From Candidatus Omnitrophota bacterium (GTDB lineage: Bacteria > Omnitrophota > Gorgyraeia > Zapsychrales > Zapsychraceae), in contig JANQMA010000032.1 of NCBI GenBank assembly GCA_028280285.1, positions 17,091 to 81,090 on the forward strand: DNA of 64,000 nt, written 5' to 3'. The notes below the pieces were generated by a model that had not been told where the DNA came from, searched no databases, and was given only the letters and a program-made list of their open reading frames with translations. Of the stretch, positions 17,018-26,122 are shown piece after piece. Position numbers and translations under genes: made by a program. Position 1 is the stretch's first letter; the number at the start of each line of letters is the position of its first letter.

Positions 17018-19542
17018 ACGTTGTTCATCTCCAACCAGTTATCCCCTGTTTTGACACTGACATCAATCGGCACACTTAACTTAAGCGCGCCTTCCATCTC
17101 CGTGCGGACAAGCTCTGCCATTTTTTTTGTTTCAGATTTAAGCACATCAAAAACTAACTCGTCATGAACGCTCATAATCATTTTGGATTTGAGCTTTTTG
17201 TTTGTAATTGCTTGGTCAATATTAATCATCGCCAGTTTTATAATATCGGCGGCCGTGCCTTGGACCGGCGTATTGATCGCCTGGCGCTGGGCAAACTGTT
17301 TAATATTACCATTGGAACTTTTAATCTCCGGAATATACCGCCGACGCTTCATGATCGTCTCCACATAACCGTTTTTTTCACAAAAGGCAATCTGTTCGTC
17401 CATAAATTTCTTAATGGCTGGATAGCGCGCAAAATATTTATCGATAAACTGCTGGGCTTCATATGGTGTAATATTTAAATCTTTAGAAAGTCCAAATGCG
17501 CCCATGCCATAGACAATGCCAAAGTTAATACGCTTGGCCGAATAACGCATTTCGGTTGTCACCTCATCCATCTCAACCCCGTGCATAAGCGATGCTGTAA
17601 ACTGATGAATATCCTGCCCGGCCTTAAAGGCCTTAATCAAATTTTTATCTTTCGACAGGTGCGCGAGGACACGCAGTTCAATCTGCGAATAATCGGCCGC
17701 CAGGATGATATGATCCTTATCCGACGGGATAATGCTTTTACGGATCTGCCGCCCAAGATCTGTTCGGATCGGAATATTTTGCAAATTCGGATTGCGCGAG
17801 CTTAACCGTCCGGTCTCTGCCCCTGTTTGCACAAACTCCGCATGCAAATAATTCTTGGCATCAACCAATTTGGGCAAGGCATCAATGTAGGTTGATTTGA
17901 GTTTACTTAAATGACGATACTCAAGCACTTTCGCCGGAAAGGCATGGGTAAAGGCCAAGGTTGTCAAGACTCCTTCATCGGTCGAATAACCTGTTTTGGT
18001 TTTCTTTATCGGAGGCAGGCCTAATGTGTCAAAGAGCACCTTGCTCAGCTGCTTAGGCGAATTAATATTAAACTCCTCGCCTGCTTCTTCGTACAATTCA
18101 CTCGTTAGCGCGGCAATATCCTTTTCACATTTCTTCGACATCTTGGCAAGAAACTTAAGGTCCAAGTGAACGCCCTCACATTCCATCGCATAGATCACAT
18201 ACGCGAGTGGCAGTTCGAGCTCATCGTATAATTTAGTCAAAGAACGCTCGCGAAGCGTTGCAACAACATGTGCATACAGCGCAAGCATTCCGGCAGCCTG
18301 AGCTGTTAAATCATCTTTTTCAATGGATTGCTTTAAATGCTTCCAAATAACTTCCGCCACATTATCATTGGCGCCCGATGGGTCAACCAAATAAGCCCCA
18401 AGTAAACAATCATAGACCCCCTTAAGTTTAATGGATGCCTCATCACACACAGTTAAGACTGATTTGATATCCCAGACAACTTTACAGACCTTTTCATTTT
18501 CAAAGAGCGGCTTTAATTTTTTAATATCACTGAATTGAATCGCATACACTTGATCCGCACGCACCGCAAGCAAGATAACCTCTTCATCAAACAATACCGC
18601 CACTTGCTTTTGCTTAAGCGCCTGTTTTAGCACGCCATCAATCTCTTTGGCTGTCAATGAACTTTGGGAAACCTTCACTTCCTTCCTGGCTTCCCCGCTG
18701 TATTCTTCCGCCAGACGCCTAAACTCCAAATCTTTAAAAATTTTAAACAAGGCTTGGCGGTCGGGCTGAGCTAACTTCATATCCTCAATCGCATAATCAA
18801 CAGGCACATCGCAATCAATGGTTGCCAACTCTTTACTTAAAAAAGCATTATCGCGGTCACTCACCAATTTTTCACGCAGCTTTGCCTTTTCAATATTATC
18901 CAACCCTTTATAAATTCCTTCCAGCGTCTCAAATTCATTGATAAGATTACGTGCGGTCACCTCACCAACACCAGCCACACCGGGAATATTATCCGACTTA
19001 TCTCCCGCAAGGGCCAGAAAGTCGACAATACGCGTCGCTTCAAACCCAAGCTTCTTTGTAATCGCAGCATGGTCAAGCATAGCTTCTTTGCGTACGCTAA
19101 AGATTTTGACATGACCATTAAGGAGTTGATAAAGATCTTTATCCTCGCTAACCACAACAAGCTCAAGATCTTTTTTCTTGATATTGGCTGTCAACGTCCC
19201 GATTAAATCATCGGCTTCATAACCTTGTTTTTCAAAGAGTTTGATACCATAAGCCTTTAAAATGTCCTTAATAATCGGCACCTGCGAACGAAGCTCATCC
19301 GGCATGGGCGGCCTTTGGATTTTATATTCTTCATAACGCTTTTGACGCAGCGTCGGACCCTTAGAATCAAAACAGACCGTTATAAATTCCGGATCATGCA
19401 CCTTAAGCAATTTTCTTAAAATATTAACAAACCCGAACACAGCATTGGTCGGTTGACCTTTACTATTAGTCAAATCACGCACAGCATAAAACGCCCTATA
19501 GACAAGCGCATGGCCGTCTAAGATAAACAACTGCTTTGCCAC
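17014..19542 (-). CDS. polA: DNA polymerase I
   Basis: 842 aa; 5'-3' exonuclease N-domain, family-A polymerase motifs A/B/C; GTG start with AGGAG RBS. Confidence 0.9.
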   Translation of the reverse strand: MAKQLFILDGHALVYRAFYAVRDLTNSKGQPTNAVFGFVNILRKLLKVHDPEFITVCFDSKGPTLRQKRYEEYKIQRPPMPDELRSQVPIIKDILKAYGIKLFEKQGYEADDLIGTLTANIKKKDLELVVVSEDKDLYQLLNGHVKIFSVRKEAMLDHAAITKKLGFEATRIVDFLALAGDKSDNIPGVAGVGEVTARNLINEFETLEGIYKGLDNIEKAKLREKLVSDRDNAFLSKELATIDCDVPVDYAIEDMKLAQPDRQALFKIFKDLEFRRLAEEYSGEARKEVKVSQSSLTAKEIDGVLKQALKQKQVAVLFDEEVILLAVRADQVYAIQFSDIKKLKPLFENEKVCKVVWDIKSVLTVCDEASIKLKGVYDCLLGAYLVDPSGANDNVAEVIWKHLKQSIEKDDLTAQAAGMLALYAHVVATLRERSLTKLYDELELPLAYVIYAMECEGVHLDLKFLAKMSKKCEKDIAALTSELYEEAGEEFNINSPKQLSKVLFDTLGLPPIKKTKTGYSTDEGVLTTLAFTHAFPAKVLEYRHLSKLKSTYIDALPKLVDAKNYLHAEFVQTGAETGRLSSRNPNLQNIPIRTDLGRQIRKSIIPSDKDHIILAADYSQIELRVLAHLSKDKNLIKAFKAGQDIHQFTASLMHGVEMDEVTTEMRYSAKRINFGIVYGMGAFGLSKDLNITPYEAQQFIDKYFARYPAIKKFMDEQIAFCEKNGYVETIMKRRRYIPEIKSSNGNIKQFAQRQAINTPVQGTAADIIKLAMINIDQAITNKKLKSKMIMSVHDELVFDVLKSETKKMAELVRTEMEGALKLSVPIDVSVKTGDNWLEMNNV

Positions 19543-19575
19543 TCATACTCCTGTGGGTTGATGATTAAAATCTGA

Positions 19576-19650
19576 ATTGTTGTTTGTTGTTAGTTGCTAG
19601 TTGCTGGGAGTTTGAACACTAATAACAAACAACCAACAACTAACAACTAT
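19576..19650. repeat. family-1 GTTG/CAAC word-palindrome element between TPR gene stop and polA start
   Basis: gttgtttgttgttagttgctagttgctggg...cactaataacaaacaaccaacaactaacaac. Confidence 0.65.
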
Positions 19651-19676
19651 TTTTCCACCCGCCCACTAAACCTAAA

Positions 19677-20525
19677 TTATTGTTCTTTTGGCTTAAAAGA
19701 AGTGTCTGGTATTGTGGACAATACTCGTTCTATCTGTGTTTTGGCCGATTCGGTATCACCGGAGTTAAGCCATTTGATCGCTTGCTCTGTGCCTTCGCGC
19801 ATTCTTTGCTCGGCCAATGCCAATACCGCTTTTTTGCGTTCTTCAACGATTTGCGGATTAGCCGGCGCCAACATAAGCGCCTTATCAAATTCGCCAATCG
19901 CCTCGCGGTATTGCCCTTCCGCTGCCAAAACTCTGCCTTTTTGAGCATATTGTTTGGAACGGTGCAAATCCTCTTCAAACTGGATACGGCTTTGTTCACG
20001 AATTTCTTGATCAAGCCGGCTTGCCTCGAGGGATTTAACCCAATTGGCATAACTCGGCCGAAGTTTTAAAAGCTCCTCTTTGGCCTTATCGGCCCAGGAA
20101 TCATTAGCATCGGCCAATTCAAAGCGTTTCTTAAAATATTCAAACGCGCGATCTTTTTGACCGGCGGCCAAATAAAGATAGGCCACATTCGAATAAGCCG
20201 GAAGAAAGGCCTTGTCCATTCGGATAGCCTCAAGGTAATAGGCCTCGGCCTTACCGGTCGCACCAATGCGCTCATAGAGAACACCGGTATCGTTGTAAAT
20301 ATCCGGACTTTCGATTTCAAGCTCTAGGGCTTTATTATAATTTTCTAATGCCTCATTCAATTTACCACTTTGATATGCCTTCAATCCCTTTTGACGATAG
20401 TTTTCTGCTACTTCTTTCTTGGAATCAGCCAAAGCTTCGGAATGAATGACATGAAAAGAAAAGACAATAAGAAGAACAATTATTCGATGGAGTACTGCGT
20501 ATGATTTTAAACTTAGATCAAGCAT
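19677..20525 (-). CDS. TPR-repeat protein with N-terminal signal peptide
   Basis: 282 aa; repeated 34-aa TPR units (AxxYxxA..P pattern), hydrophobic N-terminus. Confidence 0.7.
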   Translation of the reverse strand: MLDLSLKSYAVLHRIIVLLIVFSFHVIHSEALADSKKEVAENYRQKGLKAYQSGKLNEALENYNKALELEIESPDIYNDTGVLYERIGATGKAEAYYLEAIRMDKAFLPAYSNVAYLYLAAGQKDRAFEYFKKRFELADANDSWADKAKEELLKLRPSYANWVKSLEASRLDQEIREQSRIQFEEDLHRSKQYAQKGRVLAAEGQYREAIGEFDKALMLAPANPQIVEERKKAVLALAEQRMREGTEQAIKWLNSGDTESAKTQIERVLSTIPDTSFKPKEQ

Positions 20526-20531
20526 AATACA

Positions 20532-21785
20532 TTATTTGACGTTTGGCAAGTCTAATTGATCGTGAGACTCCTCAGCCTCCTGCTGCTGTTCTGTCAGCCC
20601 AAGTGAAACCGCCATCGACTGCGCATTAACCCCGTTTATGATAAGCTCTTTCACCGCATCCCTATGCTCTTCAGAGTTAATAAGAAGAGCGGCCTTAACC
20701 GTACCCTCATGCGTTAAAACACCCACAAACCCATCACCGCTGGCATTCGTAAAACATCCGCATCCATCGGTGGCATTCACATGTGATCCATGCAAAAACG
20801 ATATAGAAACATCTCCTAACCTAAAACGCTTATCGGCAATAAACGTTTCCGCATCATAAGGCTGACCGGTTATTAGGGCAGCCACCTTCGCGCCTTGATC
20901 CTCCAGACTTTTGGTAAGAGAAAAATCCGACCACCATTTATGCGCATGATGCGCCACAAGCCCATCAACCGCAAAGACACCGCTGATATTGGTTCTGTAA
21001 TGATCATCAACAACAATATCCCCATCTAAAATGTTTAGGTCAAATTCATCAACAATTTTAAGACGTTCCTTGATTTCACCCAGCACAACAATGTCCGCCG
21101 CAAGCACCTTGCCTGAGCTCAGACGCACAGCCTTTAACTCAGCATCGCCTAAAATTTCCTCAATACTGGCATCTTCAACGATATGCAAATTATTTTCCGC
21201 AACCGCCCCAAGCACAGATGCCCGCGCCTCAGCATTGAAAATAATACCAAAAGGACTTTGACTTGGAATAACAAGATAAACCTCTTTACCTAAATTAACC
21301 AATGCTTCGGCAGCCTTAAGCCCGGCAAAGGTATCGGATTGAATAACAACCGTATCAAAAAACGGAAGTTCTTTAATGAGCTTATTGATATATTTGATTT
21401 TGCGCAGCGCATAAATCCCTTCCTTATTGCCCCCTTTAACCGGCGTCAACTTAACTCCCTCGGGAAGTTCGGCTAAAATAATCTGATCAAAATCAAAATG
21501 CTCTTTCTCTTCGGTATAAATTTTTCTTGTCTTTAAATTGACCCGCGTTATTTGCTTACCTGTCAATACCTCAATATTATTGTCTTCATAAAACTTTTTA
21601 TCACGGCAATAAATATCTTCCACCGAGGCCTTTTTCTGCATAACATCAGGAAAAACATCGCGCTTATACGGAAAACTACCTTCAAAAGTAATAATCGTAA
21701 TATCAATATCTTTATCGTTTGCGCGTATCAGCTCAACCGCACGCACGGCAGCCGGTGAACTACCTAAAACAAGTAACTTACTCAT
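20532..21785 (-). CDS. FAD/NAD(P)-binding pyridine nucleotide-disulfide oxidoreductase family protein with C-terminal Cys-containing domain
   Basis: 417 aa; two Rossmann dinucleotide-binding motifs (VLGSSPAA, FAGLKAAE), C-terminal GCGC segment. Confidence 0.5.
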   Translation of the reverse strand: MSKLLVLGSSPAAVRAVELIRANDKDIDITIITFEGSFPYKRDVFPDVMQKKASVEDIYCRDKKFYEDNNIEVLTGKQITRVNLKTRKIYTEEKEHFDFDQIILAELPEGVKLTPVKGGNKEGIYALRKIKYINKLIKELPFFDTVVIQSDTFAGLKAAEALVNLGKEVYLVIPSQSPFGIIFNAEARASVLGAVAENNLHIVEDASIEEILGDAELKAVRLSSGKVLAADIVVLGEIKERLKIVDEFDLNILDGDIVVDDHYRTNISGVFAVDGLVAHHAHKWWSDFSLTKSLEDQGAKVAALITGQPYDAETFIADKRFRLGDVSISFLHGSHVNATDGCGCFTNASGDGFVGVLTHEGTVKAALLINSEEHRDAVKELIINGVNAQSMAVSLGLTEQQQEAEESHDQLDLPNVK

Positions 21786-21787
21786 AT

Positions 21788-22648
21788 TTAACTTTGCTCC
21801 TTTTGCATTTTGTAGGCTTCAATGCCGTTGCGCATAAGAAGCACGACCGTTAAAGGTCCAACCCCGCCGGGAACAGGCGTTATGAATGATGCCTTCTCTT
21901 GCGCTGTTTCAAAGTCAACATCGCCGACAACTTTCCCATCAATAACATTAATCCCAACATCCACCACAATCGCACCGTCTTTAATCCATTCCCCTTTAAT
22001 CAGTTTTGGGACACCCACGGCTACAACCAAAACATCGGCGCGGGCAATGTGTTCCTCAAGCCTGCCGGCTTCGCTTGTCCCAATATGACAAACCGTAACT
22101 GTAGCCATTTCTTTAAGAAGTAAAATGCTAAGCGGTTTTCCAACAATCTGACTAGCCCCGACAATCACAACCTCAAGCCCGCGTAAACTATGACCTGTTG
22201 ATTTAAGATGCTCCATGACCGATGCCGGTGTGCACGGAATAATATTCGTCTCCCCTAAAATCATCTTGCCGATATTGGTAACATTAACACCCTCTAAATC
22301 TTTGACGGTATCCACATAATTAGCCACAACACTGTAATCAATTTGCTCCGGAACAGGTTTATGCAGCATAATACCGTTCACCGATTTATCATTATTTAAT
22401 TTCTGAATGAGTGCACAAAAATCTTCTTGTGTACAATTGGCTGGCAAAGATTTCAGTTCATATTTAATACCGATATACTCGGCGACTTTTTTCTGAGAAT
22501 TGGCATAAGTACACGACCCCGCATCATCACCGATGATAATATTGACCAACTTAGGCGTTTTGCGATCCTTGGCTTTGATCAACTCAACTTCTTCTTTTAG
22601 TTGATCTTTAAGCTCTTGGGCTAATTTTTTTCCGTCAAGTAGTTGCAT
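21788..22648 (-). CDS. folD: bifunctional methylenetetrahydrofolate dehydrogenase/methenyl-THF cyclohydrolase
   Basis: 286 aa; canonical FolD N-terminus and NAD(P)-binding domain. Confidence 0.9.
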   Translation of the reverse strand: MQLLDGKKLAQELKDQLKEEVELIKAKDRKTPKLVNIIIGDDAGSCTYANSQKKVAEYIGIKYELKSLPANCTQEDFCALIQKLNNDKSVNGIMLHKPVPEQIDYSVVANYVDTVKDLEGVNVTNIGKMILGETNIIPCTPASVMEHLKSTGHSLRGLEVVIVGASQIVGKPLSILLLKEMATVTVCHIGTSEAGRLEEHIARADVLVVAVGVPKLIKGEWIKDGAIVVDVGINVIDGKVVGDVDFETAQEKASFITPVPGGVGPLTVVLLMRNGIEAYKMQKEQS

Positions 22649-22651
22649 ATT

Positions 22652-23131
22652 TTAACTTTCCGCAAGGACCATCGCTCCATTGTAGCCGGCCAGTAAAAGT
22701 TCAACGGCGACCGCCACATCACTAATCAGATACGGATTACCTTTTTCCGCAAGAAACGGCGCCAGCTTAACGGCCTTATAACACAGCTTGGCAATATTTT
22801 TAGAGACCTTGCGCGCATTACGATCCGCGGCATTTTGTTCACGTTGAGAGAGTTTCCGCGCACGCACAACCTGGGTGTACGCTTCAGCATCCAAATCCAC
22901 ATGCTTGAGCAAATCATCGCGCAAGGCCTTAGCTTGCGCGGCAATCCGCGTTAAACGCGTCTCAACGGCCTTTGTATTACCTTGCCGTCCTTTAGAGTAT
23001 TCCGTCACCATTAAAAGTAAGCCCGTCCCTGTGGCCCCGGTCAGCGCTGCCGCCGAACCGCCGCCTGGTGTTGGTTCTTTTTTTGATAAAACAGCTAAAT
23101 ATTGTGTAAGTGTATGATTTTTGAATTTCAC
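22652..23131 (-). CDS. cyclodeaminase/cyclohydrolase family protein (FTCD C-domain, FchA-like)
   Basis: 159 aa; PGGGSAAALTGA motif of formiminotransferase-cyclodeaminase C domain; adjacent to folD; GTG start. Confidence 0.65.
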   Translation of the reverse strand: MKFKNHTLTQYLAVLSKKEPTPGGGSAAALTGATGTGLLLMVTEYSKGRQGNTKAVETRLTRIAAQAKALRDDLLKHVDLDAEAYTQVVRARKLSQREQNAADRNARKVSKNIAKLCYKAVKLAPFLAEKGNPYLISDVAVAVELLLAGYNGAMVLAES

Positions 23132-23417
23132 TGAAGTCCGCGAAACGGTAATTTGGAGAATTAATAGGTTTGTTTTTGTTGAATGTTAAATCGAAAATCT
23201 AAGGTTTGAATATGTTCAAAAAAGTTGGAAAAGGTTAAAATAGGTTTAAGGTTATTAAATGTTTCATGAGGTTACTTAAAATAAACTTCTTTCAACATCA
23301 AGCAACCTTAATTCCTTTTTCAACTTCTTCTAACCTTTTTAAACATCTTTTAACCTTAATATATTAATACTATACCAAATACAGGTAACTGCAAGTAAGA
23401 TAGTGATTTTTTTAACG

Positions 23418-23786
23418 CTACAACGATGAGACATCAAAAGCATTTTTGATAAGCTCAATGTGAGGCTCTGCCTCGCTTAATGTAATCCCAACCACATCGA
23501 AGCGTGCGTATTCATCAAACAAATCATGCTTTTGAATATAACGCAGCGCTGTTTTATGCAGACGGTACTGCTTATCAGGCGTTATGGCCTCCAGCGGGCT
23601 TCCCGCCGCATCATTATCACGGGTTTTAACCTCGATGAAACAATACTCATCATCATCTTTGGCTATGATATCGATCTCACCGATATCATTTTCATAATTC
23701 GTTTCAATGATGCTATAGCCTTGCTGAATTAAATACTCTTCAGCAATTTTTTCACCTTTTGGGCCTAAGTTGCGAAAATCAGACAT
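23418..23786 (-). CDS. yraN: YraN/UPF0102 family endonuclease
   Basis: 122 aa; conserved GE.D...E.K nuclease core, typical position next to rnhB. Confidence 0.8.
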   Translation of the reverse strand: MSDFRNLGPKGEKIAEEYLIQQGYSIIETNYENDIGEIDIIAKDDDEYCFIEVKTRDNDAAGSPLEAITPDKQYRLHKTALRYIQKHDLFDEYARFDVVGITLSEAEPHIELIKNAFDVSSL

Positions 23787-23817
23787 TAGGAATTATTTTA
23801 AGCTATAATTTAAGGTA

Positions 23818-23878
23818 CTAGGTTTTAGGTGTTTGGTGTTAGTCCACTAAAACCCAAAACCTCACACCTAACACCCAC
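23818..23878. repeat. family-3 palindromic element (AGGTTTTAGGTGTT...CACCTAACACCC) between rnhB stop and yraN start
   Basis: shares termini with copies at 27262-27320 and 54568-54620. Confidence 0.7.
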
Positions 23879-24488
23879 TAAAAGATCGGCGATGAATAAA
23901 TGACGGACCATGTTCTTTAATCGCTGCACGGTGCGCCTTTGTTCCGTAGCCTTTATGCTTGGCAAATCCATACTCCGGCAGCACCTGATCATAGGCATCC
24001 AAAATACGATCACGTGTGACTTTGGCAACAATCGAGGCACACGCGATGGAACAAATTTTGCTATCCCCCTTCACCACTGTCTCGTACCTGTAGGGCAAAG
24101 TTGTTTTAAATTGGTTACCGTCGATTACAACCAACACATCGCTTGCAAAACACTCTGCTTGAGTCTCTTCAACAATCCGTTTAATACAACTTTCAATGGC
24201 GTGATTCATCGCCAGATAGGTGGCCTGAAGGATATTAAGCTCATCAATGATTATTTCATTGATAATGCCAACACCAACATAAGCATTGTCGTATATTTCT
24301 TTAAAAGATAATTCCCGCTTTTTTGGCGTTAATTTTTTTGAATCGCTTATGGTGTTTTGGAATTCGTGTGTTTGAAGCGCAACAGCCGAGGCCACTACCG
24401 GACCGGCGAGCGGTCCGCGTCCGGCCTCATCGACGCCAATGACATATTGGAAACCTTCAGCTCTCGCTTTGATTTCATAATCAAGCAT
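23868..24488 (-). CDS. rnhB: ribonuclease HII
   Basis: 206 aa; GVDEAGRGPLAGPVV active-site motif. Confidence 0.9.
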   Translation of the reverse strand: MLDYEIKARAEGFQYVIGVDEAGRGPLAGPVVASAVALQTHEFQNTISDSKKLTPKKRELSFKEIYDNAYVGVGIINEIIIDELNILQATYLAMNHAIESCIKRIVEETQAECFASDVLVVIDGNQFKTTLPYRYETVVKGDSKICSIACASIVAKVTRDRILDAYDQVLPEYGFAKHKGYGTKAHRAAIKEHGPSFIHRRSFSGC

Positions 24489-24850
24489 TAAGATTCTTGA
24501 CGGCGTTTAACGCGCGCGCGTTTACCTAAACGGTCACGCAGATAATAAAGCTTTGCACGTTTGACAACACCTTTGCTTACAATTTCAAGATTTTCAATAA
24601 CAGGTGAGTATAAAGGAAAGACGCGTTCGACCCCTTCTCCAAAAGAAATTTTTCTTAAGGTGAATGTTGCTTTGGCGCCGCGTCCTGTCTTGCGGATCAC
24701 CGTACCCTCATAAGGATGGGTACGTACTTTATCTTGCTCCTGGACTTTGATACGCATTTTGATTGTATCACCTACTTCAAAGTCAGGAATTTTCTTTTCA
24801 AGAAATTGTGCTTCGACTTCTTTTACTCTTTGTCCGATATTCGTTGCCAT
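24488..24850 (-). CDS. rplS: 50S ribosomal protein L19
   Basis: start taken at MATNIGQR (ORF track start at 24901 lies inside the upstream hairpin); L19 family sequence. Confidence 0.85.
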   Translation of the reverse strand: MATNIGQRVKEVEAQFLEKKIPDFEVGDTIKMRIKVQEQDKVRTHPYEGTVIRKTGRGAKATFTLRKISFGEGVERVFPLYSPVIENLEIVSKGVVKRAKLYYLRDRLGKRARVKRRQES

Positions 24851-24873
24851 TTTTCTTTCCCTTTTATTTATCT

Positions 24874-24903
24874 GAATGATCGGGCAATTTTGTCCGATCA
24901 TTC
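24874..24903. promoter_or_regulatory. 10-bp perfect palindrome GAATGATCGG-N10-CCGATCATTC in the trmD-rplS junction
   Basis: read directly; overlaps trmD stop, lies in rplS 5' leader; no U-run. Confidence 0.4.
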
Positions 24904-25572
24904 ATCTAACAAATCCGGCCGAATCTTCTTGGTGCGCCGAAGCGCCTGAGCGTTCTGCCATTTTTTTATATCTCTATGGTGCCCAGATAATAACACATCA
25001 GGGACCTTTATGCCACGAAAATTTGCGGGGCGTGTGTACTGCGGATATTCAAGCATTCCATGCTCAAAAGACTCCTCATGCAAAGAGCCCTCTTCTCCCA
25101 AAACTCCTGGAATTAAACGAGTTACGCAGTCTATCAAAGCCATGGCCGGGATCTCGCCGCCGGTCAACACATAATCGCCGATGGAGATCACTTCATCAAC
25201 CAGTTTTTCGCGGACGCGCTCATCAATTCCTTCGTAGTGACCACAAATTATAACTAAATTCCTCTCCTTTGCAAGCTTTTTTGCGCGCGTTTGCGTGAGA
25301 GGCTTGCCAGTAGGACACATTAGGACAACCTTAGCGCTGCGGCGGCCCTTAACCTTTTTGATCGCGTCAAACCATGGCTGCGGGGTCATCAGCATCCCCG
25401 GCCCTCCGCCAAACGGGCGGTCATCGACTTTCTTATGCTTATCCTTGGAATAGTCCCTTAGATCATGCACATTGATCTTGACCTTCTTAGCGGCCTGCGC
25501 GCGCTTCAAGATCGATTCATTCATAACGCCTGCAAACATCTTGGGAAAAATTGTAATCACATCAAATCGCAT
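24898..25572 (-). CDS. trmD: tRNA (guanine37-N1)-methyltransferase
   Basis: 224 aa; SPOUT knot motifs. Confidence 0.9.
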   Translation of the reverse strand: MRFDVITIFPKMFAGVMNESILKRAQAAKKVKINVHDLRDYSKDKHKKVDDRPFGGGPGMLMTPQPWFDAIKKVKGRRSAKVVLMCPTGKPLTQTRAKKLAKERNLVIICGHYEGIDERVREKLVDEVISIGDYVLTGGEIPAMALIDCVTRLIPGVLGEEGSLHEESFEHGMLEYPQYTRPANFRGIKVPDVLLSGHHRDIKKWQNAQALRRTKKIRPDLLDE

Positions 25573-25576
25573 ATAC

Positions 25577-26122
25577 TTATTTCATCTCCTCAAATAATTC
25601 TAACATTTGATCAGACAAATCACGTCTGTTTATCCAATCGCTTTTCGAAACCCTCCATGCAACACCTAACTCTTTATGAAAACTTGGAATAGCAATTCCA
25701 ACATCAGTCTCTAAATGCTTGTCATGAGGAGAAAATTTTGCCAAAGGAATACGTAATCGAGAAAACTTATCTTTTAGTGTTTTTAAATCTTGCACATATC
25801 TAGGAAAAAAAGATTGATCAAACCTAGCTTTTTCATGCAATGTTCTTACAATCTCAAAAGCCCCCAATACCCACAAATACGAAGAAGTAAATTGATCATT
25901 AAACCCTAATGTAAGATAATACAAATTTTTATCTACCATAATTTTTTCATCAATCGAAACTAATTGAGCATCCATTCGACCTAAACCTTGAATAGTCACT
26001 ATCATCATATCATCTATCGCAGAAAATTTATGTGAAACATCCACCCATCTTTTTAAACGACTTGCATCTAAATTATTTACATATTCTCGTAAGCGCACAT
26101 TTAACTCATCATTATTTATCAT
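25577..26122 (-). CDS. hypothetical protein, conspicuously low GC (roughly mid-30s vs mid-40s of neighbours), no recognisable family
   Basis: 181 aa ORF tightly packed between tgt (4-bp overlap) and trmD; composition AT/Lys/Asn/Phe-rich. Confidence 0.5.
   Translation of the reverse strand: MINNDELNVRLREYVNNLDASRLKRWVDVSHKFSAIDDMMIVTIQGLGRMDAQLVSIDEKIMVDKNLYYLTLGFNDQFTSSYLWVLGAFEIVRTLHEKARFDQSFFPRYVQDLKTLKDKFSRLRIPLAKFSPHDKHLETDVGIAIPSFHKELGVAWRVSKSDWINRRDLSDQMLELFEEMK

Noticed and set aside
23132-23417. Small peptide ORFs (for example MLKEVYFK) in the 287-bp AAGGTT/AACCTT gap
   Set aside because: They are too short and lie in low-complexity sequence; the region is more plausibly regulatory or repeat DNA.
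24850-24901. Extended N-terminus of rplS (ORF track start [17 protein letters not shown]...)
   Set aside because: The extension is encoded by the trmD-rplS junction palindrome and lacks an RBS; the canonical L19 start MATNIGQR, with an upstream purine-rich stretch, is preferred.
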